Below, in pieces: positions 38,259-52,464 of a stretch of DNA of 64,000 nucleotides. The stretch lies in NCBI RefSeq assembly GCF_009914755.1, contig NC_060930.1. One strand, written 5' to 3'. The notes under the pieces are model-generated. The model worked only from the letters and a program-made list of their open reading frames with translations, ran no database searches and was not told the DNA's origin. A program made the translations under genes and the position numbers. Source of the stretch: the human T2T-CHM13v2.0 reference genome, Homo sapiens. Position 1 is the first letter of the stretch; each line of letters opens with the position of its first letter.

Positions 38259-39474
38259 AAATTTAGAAATGATGTGGACCTCCTTCTGAACTTGTTTTTT
38301 AGAGACCTCAGCATGTTGACTATAGGTAGTAAAGGCTTCTTACTGAAAGATGGGTGTGTTTCTTTTTGTGTGTTAATACTGCCAATCCAGCAATTAAGTT
38401 AATTATTTTCTCAAAATCTTGCCTAGTATTTTGATAAGTAATTATCTATCCCACATATCTCTGTATTACTAATCCATTTGGACTATCCTATGGAAGAAAG
38501 TGTTTGGTTCCCCAATGTTACAACCTTAGTGGACATGTAATGTCAAGTGACTACAGATGAAAACTTCTTATTTCCCAATTTAAGACATAAGGCCAACTTG
38601 ACCTAAAAGTAATTCTACATTCTCTAGGTTTTCTCTGAGAATGTATTGCAATTCCAACACAACTAATAAATACTAATATTTGGGTCTTGTTTAATTTCAA
38701 TGACCATAAGCCTACTCAATGTTGCCCAAGTAAAGTGAGATTTATTATGCAAATATTAATAGAATAAAAGCCGATTATGGCATCAGAAAGAAAAAAAAGT
38801 GGACTATCATATTTTGATAATAGATTGGTTTTAGCTTTTTTCTCTGTCTTAAGTGTCTTCTTATCTTTTGAGAATCTTTGTCTCCAGTTTGTCAGAAGAG
38901 ACTGTCTGATTGATTCAGTCGATTAATGGATTGGTCATCATTGGAAGAGTGGTCTTCCTCATCCATTCAGATATACTTATGTGAGAGAGAGGACTTATAT
39001 TATATATTCAAATAGGAAAACCATAGTGGTTTTCAGTTTTAAACTGGAAAAGCAAAATAATTATGTCTGTATTATATGAATTTAGCTCTTGTTTTATAAT
39101 AGATGATAGGAGAATTTTTATCTTATCTTGTTTGTGTCATGATCAGCTGTCTGGAATAGGAGGTTTCCCTGTATACATCAGTTCATTGGTATTATAAGAA
39201 ATGCCTCAGAACTTCATCAAGATGTAGCAAAGTGTTTAGATAAAATAGAACTACAGCAATAATAGAATTGTAATTACAGCAATCATAGAATCTTCTCTGT
39301 TATCTGATCCATGAGTTTGCCACAGGAATTTCCTTGAAGTTATGCAAAAGATGAGAGAAAAGATTTGCATTCACATCTATCATTCTACAATAACATGAGT
39401 CATGAGAACTTGCTTTATCTTAAGGGAGGTTTGAATGGATGCACTCTGGCTGGACCCACCTATCTCATGGAGGC

Positions 39475-39800
39475 AATTTATTCAATTTAGTAAACATATA
39501 TTATCTATTATAACCTAAAAATGTTATGTTTTGTGGTAGGATTAATTTAAAAATCAATATCCTCATAGAACTTAAAGTTTTATGATTATAAAATACACAT
39601 TAATTTGTGAACAATGGTGTTAATATGTGAAAAATTATTAATATTGGTGATATAAAATGTAAAAGGTTAGTTCTTAGCATGAATTATTAAGTAACTTTTC
39701 CAGGCATGATAAATAATGGACTTGACAAATGGGTAAGTTTTGGATAAATAGAGAGGAAGAGGGAGGCACAAAAAGAATGGAGGAATGCCATAGTAAAGTG
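39475..39800 (-). mobile_element. L2 fragment
   Basis: ATTTATTCAATTTAGTAAACATATATT...CCTCATAGAACTTAAAGT...ATGGGTAAGTTTTGGATAAATAGAGAGG. Confidence 0.5.
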
Positions 39801-40464
39801 CAATGAATTGAAGATAGGGTACTATGAGACTATAGTCTAAAACTGTATTGTTTTACAGTAACTTTTTGGAGAAAAGTAAATTAAACATATCCTCTCCACC
39901 ATAACTTTATGGGGAATGCTGTTGTGCTTTGTGGACTCAGGATTGAAAAATTATGCTGAAAAATTCTGATGAATCTGAAAGAGATGTTTTATTTCTTTGC
40001 TAGTCTAACTGAAAACTTAATGACTCAGTCAAGCTGTATGTGTCATTTTGTGATTTAATATTATTTATTTTCTCGAATACAATCCAAACACTGAAACAAG
40101 CACAAAGACATACCATGGATTATGTTCACTGCTTCTTGGCAAAAGTACAGTGAATGGTTTTACTCAATTATATGTTCATTGTTTTTCAAATGTTATAATT
40201 AAGATCTAATAAAAACCCTATTAAATAATGTGTTTTCATTAAAAATATCACATTTTATAGGGCTCTTTTTATTTAAAGCGTTAAGAGAACTTTTGACTAT
40301 TTTTCCTAGGAAACTTGATAACCCTGAAAATTCCTTTTCATAGAAGATCATAAGTTCATGTTAAGCAGTAAAATGTATAATTTATAGTGAAAGCCTATGC
40401 ATTGTAAAATAATTCTTATATTTATCTCCCACTCGTGCTCTAGAATTGGCAGATATTTTTATCA

Positions 40465-40595
40465 CTATTCTTCACATTTGTATCTATCAAATGGGGTTGG
40501 TGATATTCTTATGGAGTGTAGTGAAGATTAAATGAGATACTTGCATAGATTTAAATGTGTGAACCAGTGTAAGCAGCTAACACATAGAAACTGCT
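40465..40595 (+). mobile_element. MIR
   Basis: ATCTATCAAATGGGG...GTGAAGATTAAATGAGATA...AACACATAG. Confidence 0.65.
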
Positions 40596-42032
40596 GTAAT
40601 AATCCAAATCAAAATCTAATAACAAAGTGGATGGCTAGGGTACAATTTTAACATTATTAATGTTATGACAAAGATATAACACAGTATTATTACATTATAA
40701 TCCTGCCACATTCCTGCTCTTCTCTTTAGACATTATTTTACATCTATCTTTTTTCCCTATAAATAATCATCTAGTTCTGTGTTCTTTTTTGAAATCTCTT
40801 TTTTCTCTGGTGAAATTATTACTCATCAAAAAGCATTCAATACTTAAAATGTGAGCATATAAATACAAGTTTTAAGTGGTTCAAAGTACATATAAATTCT
40901 CTGTTGGAATTTGAAGATGTGACTTGACCTCTAAGTTGACCTTTAAGGATTCTGAACAAATTGAGATAAGATAGGTTCAGCAATGGTCCAAATGTTAGCT
41001 TTTTTATGGATTAAAGAATAAGTCACTACTGTATTATGGGGAGGGGTTAAAGCCTGAAAGAGCTGCAGGAATGAGAGGAAATTTTTACTTATACTCTCTT
41101 GGAACAGCAGAGATTATAGGGAGAGATTTCTTTATCATAGATGCAGAAAACAGAAAGGGCATATTCTCCTATACCATGATGCCTGCTTATAGTTGGGAGA
41201 TAAGATATGTATCCCAGTTTCTTAGTGATCAAGAGACCATTTATACCAAAGGGGATGCTAAATATACTTCTGAGGCTTAAACATGCATGATTCTTCTTAC
41301 ATAACTGTCATAATTTACTCTGACCTGTCTCATTTCTGTTTTAGTAATTTCAGCAAAATTTAAATCTATATACTATTTTAATTTATTTCTACTCCTGAAA
41401 CTCTAAGAGACTATTGTTTTGAGTGAATCTGTATTTTCTTCTTTTGTTCCAAGGCCAGGCAACTCTTTCTTTGAGAAGTGTCTAAGGAGTCCCATTACAG
41501 TAAGACCCATTTTGAGTGTCCTTAGACATTAAGACTAGTCCTTAAATTAGAATAATTTCATGATCAGTTGAAGTAAGCTGTTCTTTCTCTTTAAATACAT
41601 AGATGCTTCGTGAGGATTTAACATAGAAATATTATTAATAAATCCATATTATTTGAAACCTGTGTGAACACAACACAATGAACATTTCAAAAAAATAAAT
41701 TCCTCTTCTCCTCGACTTTCTGGTTAATTAGATTTAACTATTTTTTTCTTTTGTTGATACACTTTAAATTTTGTTTTAATATCAATAATTTATCATTCAT
41801 GTAAAGGTTATTCTTTAAACACTGGAGGTAAAGATACTAGTAACATAATATGCTTAATTTACTAATGGTGATTGTATCTGAGAAAATGAATTCAGCTACA
41901 TGTTATGGAAAATCTGACTCAGACTGCTCCAACAACAGAGAATTTGTTGGCTCATCAATGGAAGTCGAAAGATAGGGTACATTTCAGGGACAGTTTATAG
42001 TTTATTTCAGTGTCCTGGCCTATGTGTGCTTG

Positions 42033-42036
<4 letters not shown>

Positions 42037-42070
<34 letters not shown>
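42037..42070. repeat. (TG)17 microsatellite
   Basis: Uninterrupted TG run. Confidence 0.97.
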
Positions 42071-42074
<4 letters not shown>

Positions 42075-43587
42075 CTTAATTGTGCATGTTGGTTTAAACT
42101 TCAGGCAGCATTCCTCAAGGTGGCTCCAGTTTTCACATTTCACACACTACAGCATGCAGAGGAAGAGAGAATGCTTTGTCTTAACATTCCAAGAAAACTC
42201 TGAGATTCCTCACGATTGGAATGTTTACAACATATGTCTGCCTCTATGCTGCTCATGAGTATAGAATATACTGATTAACTTAAGTCAAATATTGCCTATC
42301 TTAGGAAATGGGGGTATGGGCAGCTATATACAAGGCTTGGCTGTGTGCTAAAACTTAGATACCTTAAATAAACTGAAATTTTTATTATTAAATGGGAAAG
42401 GGGTGCAAAAGTGATCAACCTGCTCACCACAACCAATCTTCTTTTGAAACATAATCTTTTGTCCAGTGTCTTTTCTTTATGATAAAAAGCAGCTTTATTC
42501 CACATTGCGCAAAGAACAAGAGCTGCTATGTCAGTGTGGATAATGTTTTGCTTTACAAATCTTACAAGTACATATTTAATTAATATCATGATCCTTCACA
42601 TTCAACTTAAACTCTTGGGCTAATTATCTCAAGAGTGATCCATTAGATGATTGGGGACAACATTTAAGGTATCAAGATCTATTTATTATTTGTCCAAACA
42701 TCACAGTGGTGGTGTTTTTAATTTCAATTAGAATGTGGTATCTCATGCTTTCTAAAATTGTGTTTTAAAAGTAATATTTTATAACTATATTTCAAATATT
42801 CTTATGTTTCCATTCCTGGAAAAGGCATTATAGGTTGAAATGGTGGATCTGAGTTCTGATATCCCCTTGGAAACAATATTATAACAGGAAGTTATGTTCC
42901 ACAACAAGGGCCTGATTAATTTTTTTGTTTTATTTTATAAATGGCTAGAAATAAACTATCTTATCAACTCTTAAATAACATATAAACATATAAGAGCAAT
43001 AGTATGACATTTTTCAGTGTGTTTATTGAATTGGACAATATAGTATCCACATACATAAAATTTTATAAATTCTGATACAGAATTCTAGAATTTTTTTAAG
43101 AAATGAGATAAAGGAAATATTAATTGGGAACAGAATTTAAATGAATCATTTGGAGCAATTTTTTCAGGAAATTTCAAGATATTTTAGGACTCTCAGGGAT
43201 AGCTGCTGGACTTTGAGTATTTGTTTCTCTAGTTGTTTGTTTCTTTATTTATTTGGAAGCTGGTTTATGGATGCTTATTTTTACAGCTTCTACTGATAAT
43301 TGAGATATCCTCCATAGCAAGCAAAAGCTTAGGTTCCTCTGTGTTTGACATTGTATCCTCTTCTTCAACAGTGACTTTGTAGCATAACTGTGTTATACAT
43401 ACCACGTTTCAGAAAAGTCATACAAAGTGCAGTGTTGTAACTGACAATATTTTGATTTTTTTTTATTTTACCCAGGTTTTTTTAAGCATATTTGGAAGCA
43501 AGAGGTTGTAGAGTTTGAAGGGAACTTTGAGATCTTCCTGTCCAATCGTACATTCATTGTGAATTGCTTCCCCCACAGAATAAACAG

Positions 43588-44400
<813 letters not shown>

Positions 44401-44507
44401 TGTTTCACAACATTGGTGTGCCCATAATCAGAAAAAGGGTGAAGAGATGGCGGACAATTAGAAAGATTAGGAGTCCATAGTAGTTTGTGAAAATGTCGCT
44501 TCATACC

Positions 44508-44947
44508 TGTGGTAGGCTGAATAATGGTCCTTCAAGGATGTCCACATCTTAATCCACGGAATTTATGAATGTTATCTAAAATGGCAAAGAGGATTTGGGA
44601 GAATATCCCCCATCATCAGAGTAGTCCCTAAATGCAATCACATGTATCCTTTTTGAGGGAGGCAGAAAGAAAGAGAGAAATTTGACACGCTATGAAAGAG
44701 GGAGAGCCATTGTGACCATAGAGGCAGAGATTGGAGGGATACAACCAGTAGAATCCCCGCAAATGCAAGAAGTTGATTCTCCTTTAGAGTCTCAGGAGGG
44801 ATCACAGTCCTGCCAACACCTTGATTTTGGTCCAACGATACTGATTTTGGGTTTCTGGCCTTCACAACTGTAAGAGAATAAATTTCCTTTGTTTTAAGCC
44901 ACCACATTTGTGATAACTTGTTACAGCAGCCACTGGAAACTAGAACA
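44508..44947 (+). mobile_element. MLT1C/D-type MaLR solo LTR
   Basis: TGTGGTAGGCTGAATAATGG...AGAGAATAAATTTCCTTTGTTTTAAGCCACC...GGAAACTAGAACA; perfect TSD ATACC (44503-44507 / 44948-44952). Confidence 0.92.
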
Positions 44948-45803
44948 ATACCTAGTGAATTGATATTTTCCTCATTCTAACTGTTACTCACAGATTAATC
45001 CTATCTGGATGTCTCAACAACCAAAAATACGTTAATCTGTTTTCCTTTCCTATTGCTCCTTGTGGAAGTTTTTCAAAATAACTCTCAAGATTTTCTTGTT
45101 AAGGCGACATGTATTCAGTTTTGCATGGTTGCCGGTCCTTCAGGGTAATTCCACGGTACCATCCTGCCTCACATCCTTTCAGAAAGGAAGTATGAATTAC
45201 AGAAAATACCATGGATATTTTCATCAAGATAAGTAGGTTTAACACTGGCTTCAGCAATTGTAGTTGTTTCATTTTCTACATATTGACTTATTTGATTTAT
45301 ACATATACACACATTAATTACACACTCATATAGGAAATCTGGAATACAGTAGATACTAAAATACTGTTAGGTACCTATCTCAATTAATCATTATCTTACT
45401 CTTCAAGTACATGTCGAGGTACTTCTTTTGTCAATGGTCAACATCTCTCTTAAAATATTACACTCAAATCAGTGTACAATAGCTAGGCATAATAAACTAT
45501 ATGTGGAATAATCAGCAAACAATTCAGTGGAGTTCATACTTTCCTTTGTCTGAAATATACACACACAGGGACACACAAACACATACATGTACACCAAATT
45601 TTTATTACAAAGTATTTCAAATAACCATGAAACAATTAAATGGATAGCAATATACCCCCAACTATCACCAAAAAGATGTTTACATTTTGTTATTTTTGAT
45701 TCATGCAAAGATGTGAAATGTGACAGGTATACTAAAGTTCACTTTCACCTTCCCTACCCATTTCCTAAATCCCTACAAAGGAACACTCACCTGAAATTGG
45801 TGA

Positions 45804-46229
<426 letters not shown>

Positions 46230-47151
46230 TGTAATTTCCTTTTTACAACTCAAGAATATTTTTAAGGTTTATCCACACTTCATAAAATAGAATTAGTTTG
46301 TTCATTTTAATTATTCTTTACTATTCACCTATGTTGAATGCATGTACTTAAGCCACTTATTTATCTATTGCTCTACAGAGGAATAATTAGGTTGCTTCCT
46401 TCTCTTTTCTATTACACATAGTCATGCAATTAACATGCTTAACTCTATTCCCTTGTGAACTCACGGATGTAAATTACTAAATAATAAAGTTCATGCAAGT
46501 TTACAACTTTATTAGATATTGTCATTTTGCTTTCAAAATTTATTGTGTCTCATTGCGCTACCTCCAGGAAAGCATAAAAGATTCTATTTCCCCACAGCTT
46601 TGTCAACACTTAGTGTTTTCAAACTTATTAACGATTTCAAACTTATTAATCCTCACATGGTTTTAATGGTACCTTGAAATTTAAATTTGCACTTTCTAAT
46701 TAATAACGAAGTTGAAGATATTTTCAGTTTGATTTTCCTATTTTATAAATTGTCTTTTCCTAACTTTGTTCATTTTTTTTTAATTGAGGAAGGGTGTTTT
46801 TCCCTTTTCATTTAATAGATTTATAGGACTTTGATAGTCTCTCAATTTTGTATTTTTGTTAATTTTATGTGTTACAAACACTTTCCCTAGGCTTTCTCTT
46901 TTTTTCATTTGGTTGATCATTTTTTTGTTTGATTGCTCATTGATATAAAATCTTAAGTGTAAATGTCATTTAATTATATAGATATCTTCCAAAGTATATT
47001 ATAATAATTTTAACACTTACATTTTAAATCCATTTGGAATTTAATACATTTGGTGTTTTAGAATTCAATTTTAATTTTTTCTATAGATTGCCAATATTCT
47101 ATTATTTCTCAGGGGTTTAAAATGCCATCTCTCATAAGTATAAAGTAATGT

Positions 47152-47477
47152 ACCACATGCACCAGTCAATCATGGGCTTCTTAGACAAGATAGTACCATA
47201 AGATTATACCATATTTTTACTGTACATTTTCTGTATTTAGATATGTTTAGATACACATATACTTTCAATTCTGTTACAATTGCCTACAGAATTCAGTACA
47301 TTACCATGTTATAGAGTTTTGAAGCCTAGAAGCAAAACAGTCATATAGCCTTGGTGTTTAGTAGGCTATACCATCTAGGTTTGCATAAGTACACTCAATG
47401 ATGTTTGCACAATGACAATATTGCCTAATGATACACTTCTCAGAATATATCCTGTCATTAAGTAACACATGACTCCG
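47152..47477 (+). mobile_element. Tigger3a (MER7A-like)
   Basis: CCATAAGATTATACCATATTTTTACTGTAC...GTAGGCTATACCATCTAGGTTTG...TTCTCAGAATATATCCTGTCATTAAGTAACACATGACT. Confidence 0.88.
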
Positions 47478-50400
47478 TAATTGTTCTTAGATTTATTACA
47501 TTGCCTCCTTTCTATAGGATTCTTAAAAGTGGTCTAGTTTTGTAGTAAATTTTGATATTTTGTTGGGAAAATATCCAAATTTGGCTGGGTGTTCTTGGCC
47601 CTTAGTATTTACATACACATTTTAGCATAGTTTTTCAAGTTCATAAAATATCCTGATGAGATTTTGATTGAAATTGTATTTAATTTCTTATTTTGCTTGG
47701 GGAGAATGCAATCTTTATGATTTCAAATTTTCTAATTTATCAATAAGTTATAATATGTCCATTTATTTGCCTTCTTTTATGTCCATTAATCAAGTTTTAT
47801 ACTTTTTTTCATAAAGAACATGTACTCTGGGTACATGTAATCTTGGGTTAATTTCCATAAATCTTATGACTTGGGATTGTATCGAGAATGGTATTTTTAT
47901 TACTTCAATTTCCTAATGGTTTTATTGTGGTAAAGTGTGCTATTGATTTCAGAAATTTTTCTTAGATTCTTCAAACTGAATATATCTCTTATTATTTCTA
48001 ATAGATTATCTAGAAACTGTAAATAATGCTATTTTATTTTCCACATCAAGATTTTTATTATTCTCTTATACTTACTAGAATTTCCAGTGTCACGTAAATA
48101 GATACAAGGATCATGAACTTTCTTGTATTGCTTCTGATTTTAAAAATAATGTTTCCAGAAATCCAGCAGTAAGTATATTCTCTATGTTTTATTGTTAGTT
48201 ACACATTACCAAGTTAAACAAGTTTATTCTAGGAGTTTTCTATGAGTTTTAATTATAAACGAATGTTGTGTTACTTTTTTTTTCTCCACTCAGTCACATT
48301 ATCCTATAGTTCTCTCCTTTAGTATATTAATATGGTGAATAATGTTAGTGGATTATCTAAAATTCAATACCTGAATTCAGAAGATACATTTAGAAATCGA
48401 GAAACGTGCCTTAAATTTTGCAAATGCATAGGGATCAGGAACATGTTTTCTTTACTGTAATAATTTTGCATATTATTGCATCATGGACAGCTGGGCTGGC
48501 CCACTATTCATTTTATGGGGAATGTCTTGATTTTAGCACTGAAAAGTTCTACAACCTGGAAATCCCTCCCTGAAACTCAAAAACACCCATTTTTTCAGCA
48601 ATAGGTATGGAAAGTTGGGAGAAAGGTACAGGAGTTCTAAGACAGACAAAAAATAGGGGTTGAAAGCAGCATTGTTTTACCATTAAATGGATGCAGCATG
48701 GACCATCTGCTTTCTATAGTCCCTGTTGCTATTTTTTTCCCTGGCCACCTATGTTGGCAATCATGCTTTGCAGTTTCTAATAATGGATCATCCAGTGTTG
48801 TATCACCTGACTGAAGCAAGTTAACTGTATAACTTAAGTGTGTTTTATTTGTGAGCATGCATAATTTGTCCTTGATTTTGGTGATGGATTAACTATCATG
48901 ATTTGTATCAAGATAATACTAGTTTAGTTGTTAACATTGTGAATATTGTGACTAGATTTTCTAACAATTCCCATAATGGAAACGAGAACAATCAACATCA
49001 AAATGACCTAGCCTTCAATGGAAAAGAAGCTTAAATGACTGTACAATTTAATGGCAGATGGAAGAATATCTAAAAGAGGATTCAGAAGGTAAATAACCAA
49101 AACAGAGCTTACTATAAAATATACAGAAAATAATCTGCGTTTGAGGAGGTGAAGAAAGCATATGTGAAGACTGAATCTCACAAGCCAACACCAGGAAGTA
49201 ATTTTAAATCAATCAAAATGTTTTTCATCTCACCAAAAGACACAGATGGTCTATTGAAAATAGTGGCTGCCGCATTAGCGTGGACATACCACATACACAA
49301 TGCATAATATCACATCTATCCCTTGACTGCTCTATGAAAATGAGTAAAGTTACATTTCCTGATACAGAGGTTGCAACTAAAATGTCTGACATCAGCCTCT
49401 TATAGTGTAGAGCTGATTCTGTCAGATTTTATTAATATTAATGATCATGCCTTCTTACAGTATATCAAGTGATATGTCAGATCATTAGAACAAAAACAAC
49501 AGGGTACTCTTAAGTACTTCAGTTTGTAAAATCAAATACAGAGCTTAATTTCTACAAAAAAATTAATAAAACCACAGAAACCAGAAAAGAATAGATTGCT
49601 GATATTTTGTTTAAATACAAACTAGGCCATGCTCATCTACCTGCATATTCAGCAAAAATTACAAATACAAGTTTTGGCAAATTCCATTCCTCCATAAATT
49701 TCAACCACAGAAAATGAACACCTCTTACTTAGCTAAATGTCCTGCATGCTTTCTATGCAAGATTACAAAAAGAGGTGTAATTTGCTTATCTTTGATATTG
49801 AGGCTTTCATAATGAATGTATTTTGTCATTTTTCATTTCTTCAAAATGTGCATAACCACACAATAAAATTTTCAGTTCATAGAAGTAAGAGTAGATAATG
49901 TCCTAAACATGTGGCCTACATGTTGCCCACCATAGAAACAATTTTAAAATCTCCTGTAAAAGTATATTTTCAAAGTATGAGAAAAATAGTGTCCATTTCT
50001 AATTTGGAAATACATTGACAACAAAAACAAAAGAGAATGATTAGAGTAAAACAGAAGTTCATGTTCTGTTCCCCCAAAATTCTATGATGGTCTTTTGTAG
50101 AAGCCATGAGCAGTCTAAAAAAAGATGAACTAACTGCATCTGAAGTATTTGCTGTTGTTATGTGTAGATTGTGATAAAAATACATATTGGGAAAACATGA
50201 CCTTTTAAAATAGAAATAAGACTGCTTTAGAGCCCCAAAATATATGACTAGAAAATGGCAAAGGTAAAGATAAACAGGACTTTTCTCAATTTTTTTTTCA
50301 CTAAGACTGTTACTTAACTGGCTTTTACTTTAAACTTCACAAGTTCTAATTACCTCCCTGCTTTAAATCCACTTTTCCTGAAAAAAAAAAAAAAAAAAAG

Positions 50401-50812
50401 TTTAAATTCTGATGACATTCAATGTGAGTTTTAAAATTATGGTTATTTTAGAGATGGATATCCTATATGATGAATTTATAGATGCAAAGGACTTGATTGC
50501 AAAAGCTGGCCTACCAAAACAGGGCTGTAGATACAGAGTATATGGGCGTTTTTGAGAATAATTCCCATAAGTTTTAAAATTTGCTGTTGCAGGAAGGTAA
50601 AATGCTAAGTATTTCATGCTCAAATGCTTTTGCATAGAGGCTGCTTAGCTTGATGTTATCAATCAGACTGACACGAGAAATCAGCATAATGGGGACTTGT
50701 TAAAAACAGAGCTGGAAATCACAATGAATCTTAGGATTGATTGTATTTAGTTTTACCTCTAAATAAAAATAAAGAATGATGTCCTAAATGCTGAAGGCAG
50801 TTAAGGCAAATA

Positions 50813-51364
50813 CAGTGGCTCCCTCTTATTTGTGATTTTGCTTGGCTGTCTGTGATTTTAGTTATCACAGTCAATTGTGATCTAAAAGTGTGAGTACAGT
50901 ACAATAAGATGTTTTGAGAGACAGAGACTGCATGCACATAACTTTTATGACATTATATTGTTACAATTGTTTTATTTTATTTTGTTATTGTTCTTAACTC
51001 CTAGCTGTGCCTAATTTAGACATTAAATTGCATCATTCTATATCATGTATAGAAAAAAACAGTACAGTCTTCCCTTGATATCTGTGTGGGATGTTTCAGG
51101 ACCTCCAACTGATACCAAATTTCTCAATGCTCAAGTCCCTCAATTGGCACTGTGGTACCTCAGATATGAAAAGTCAGCCCTGCATGTCTGTGGGTTTTGC
51201 TTTCTGTGAATACTGTATTTTTGATCCATGGTTGTTTGAATCCACAAATGTAGAACTCGCACATATGAATGGCTGACTATAGAGAGAGTTTGATACCATT
51301 CACAGTTTTGGGCATCCACTGGAAGTCTTAGAACTTAACTCTCGTGGGTAAGGGGAGACTACTA
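50813..51364 (+). mobile_element. TcMar-Tigger MITE (MER2B-like) inserted in Blackjack
   Basis: TIR-like ends CAGTGGCTCCCTCTTAT / GTAAGGGGAGACTACTA, flanked by TA; body GTGAGTACAGTACAATAAGATGTTTTGAGAGA. Confidence 0.8.
51065..51279 (+). mobile_element. TcMar-Tigger MITE (MER8/MER2-like) nested in the previous MITE
   Basis: CAGTCTTCCCTTGATATCTGTG...CAGGACC...ATACCAAA...GCTCAAGTCCC...TTGAATCCACAAATGTAGAAC...GGCTGACTA, flanked by TA. Confidence 0.8.
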
Positions 51365-51779
51365 TATTATTGGAAAAGGTAACAGAAAGGATAAAATTTC
51401 TTACCTTATCATGGATTAGAAGACAGTATGACATTATTTATTATTAAATATGGCTAATTTTTCCTTAGTCCTACTTATGCTTTCCTTTTAAAAAGTTTAC
51501 ATTTATGAATCTTAAAGAAATAATAATAAATCATATAACATTTAACATCCAATTAGAAGTAAGAAAAGAGCTGTTCCAGAAAATGGAAACAAGATTTCAG
51601 ATAAATACCAATTTGTCATATTTTGTGTTAAAGTGATAACATGTATGTGTGTAATTAGTATACAGCATTTACTATAATTGTTATTTGCTGTTATAATTAT
51701 TATTATTGTTTGGCGTGGCTATGTCTTAGTTTACTTTCTAAAGTATTGCCTATAGTAGGTACAGTCCCTACATGCTATT

Positions 51780-52460
51780 TGGTATTTACTGTATTATAGT
51801 TTAATATATGGTTAACTTTAATAAATGCTTGCTTGAATGCAATGTATATTCACTAATCATACAGGTGAAAGAGTTATATATACATGCCAATATGTGGGGA
51901 CTAAACTTGTTATTTGTTTTGTTTAAATCATTTATATTCTGATTTTTGTTCTGCTTGATGAATTAGTTTCTGAAAGAGTGGTATTATAATCTCCCATACT
52001 AATTTAAGATATGTCCAGTTTTCTCACAATACAGACAAATTTTGAATGATATGTTTTGAGGCTCTCTTTGAAGCTCATACTTGTTCTGAATTATAGTATC
52101 TTGTCAAATTGTTCCTTTAATCATGTGTACAGTATTGACTTTATCTATAATAATGGTCCTGTCTTAAATTCAAAACTGTCTGCTTAATATCATTATGTTA
52201 ACTCCTCTCTTGAGTATTTGCCTACATCATTTTATATCCTTTCATATAAAATCTTTCCCTGTCATTTTGTTTTATGTGTAATTCTAGTGTACATCATATT
52301 ACAGATTTCTATTTTTTAGTTCATTTTGAGAGTTTTTGTCAACTGATGACATTGGCTTGTGTCTACTTATTGTTATTACTGATGTATTTGGATTTATTTC
52401 TGCTGTCATATTTTGTAGATAATAAATATGCATTGTTTTTGTTTCCTTTCTTACTTTTTA
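51780..52460 (-). mobile_element. Ancient L1 ORF2 (EN-region) fragment
   Basis: TTCTGAAAGAGTGGTATTATAATCTCCCATACT...ATATGTTTTGAGGCT...GTATTTGCCTACATC antisense L1 motifs. Confidence 0.65.
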
Positions 52461-52464
52461 AAAA

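Larger units (their letters stand above)
48492..51752 (+). mobile_element. Near-complete hAT-Blackjack DNA transposon fossil (decayed transposase)
   Basis: MER81/Blackjack-like left end TGTCTTGATTTTAGCACTGAAAAG. Transposase pieces KIVAAALAWTYH (~49257) and SHLSLDCSMKMSKVTFPDTEVATKMS (~49309). hAT dimerisation-like NLLLQEGKMLSISCSNAFA*RLLSLM (50578-50655) and TDTRNQ..DLLKTEL. Confidence 0.8.

Noticed and set aside
41479-41528. 10-bp inverted repeat TGTCTAAGGA/TCCTTAGACA
   Set aside because: A few stems of this length are expected by chance in 64 kb of AT-rich DNA.
46617-46649. Short tandem duplications here (TTTCAAACTTATTAA x2) and at ~39252-39290
   Set aside because: Ordinary slippage duplications with no sign of function.
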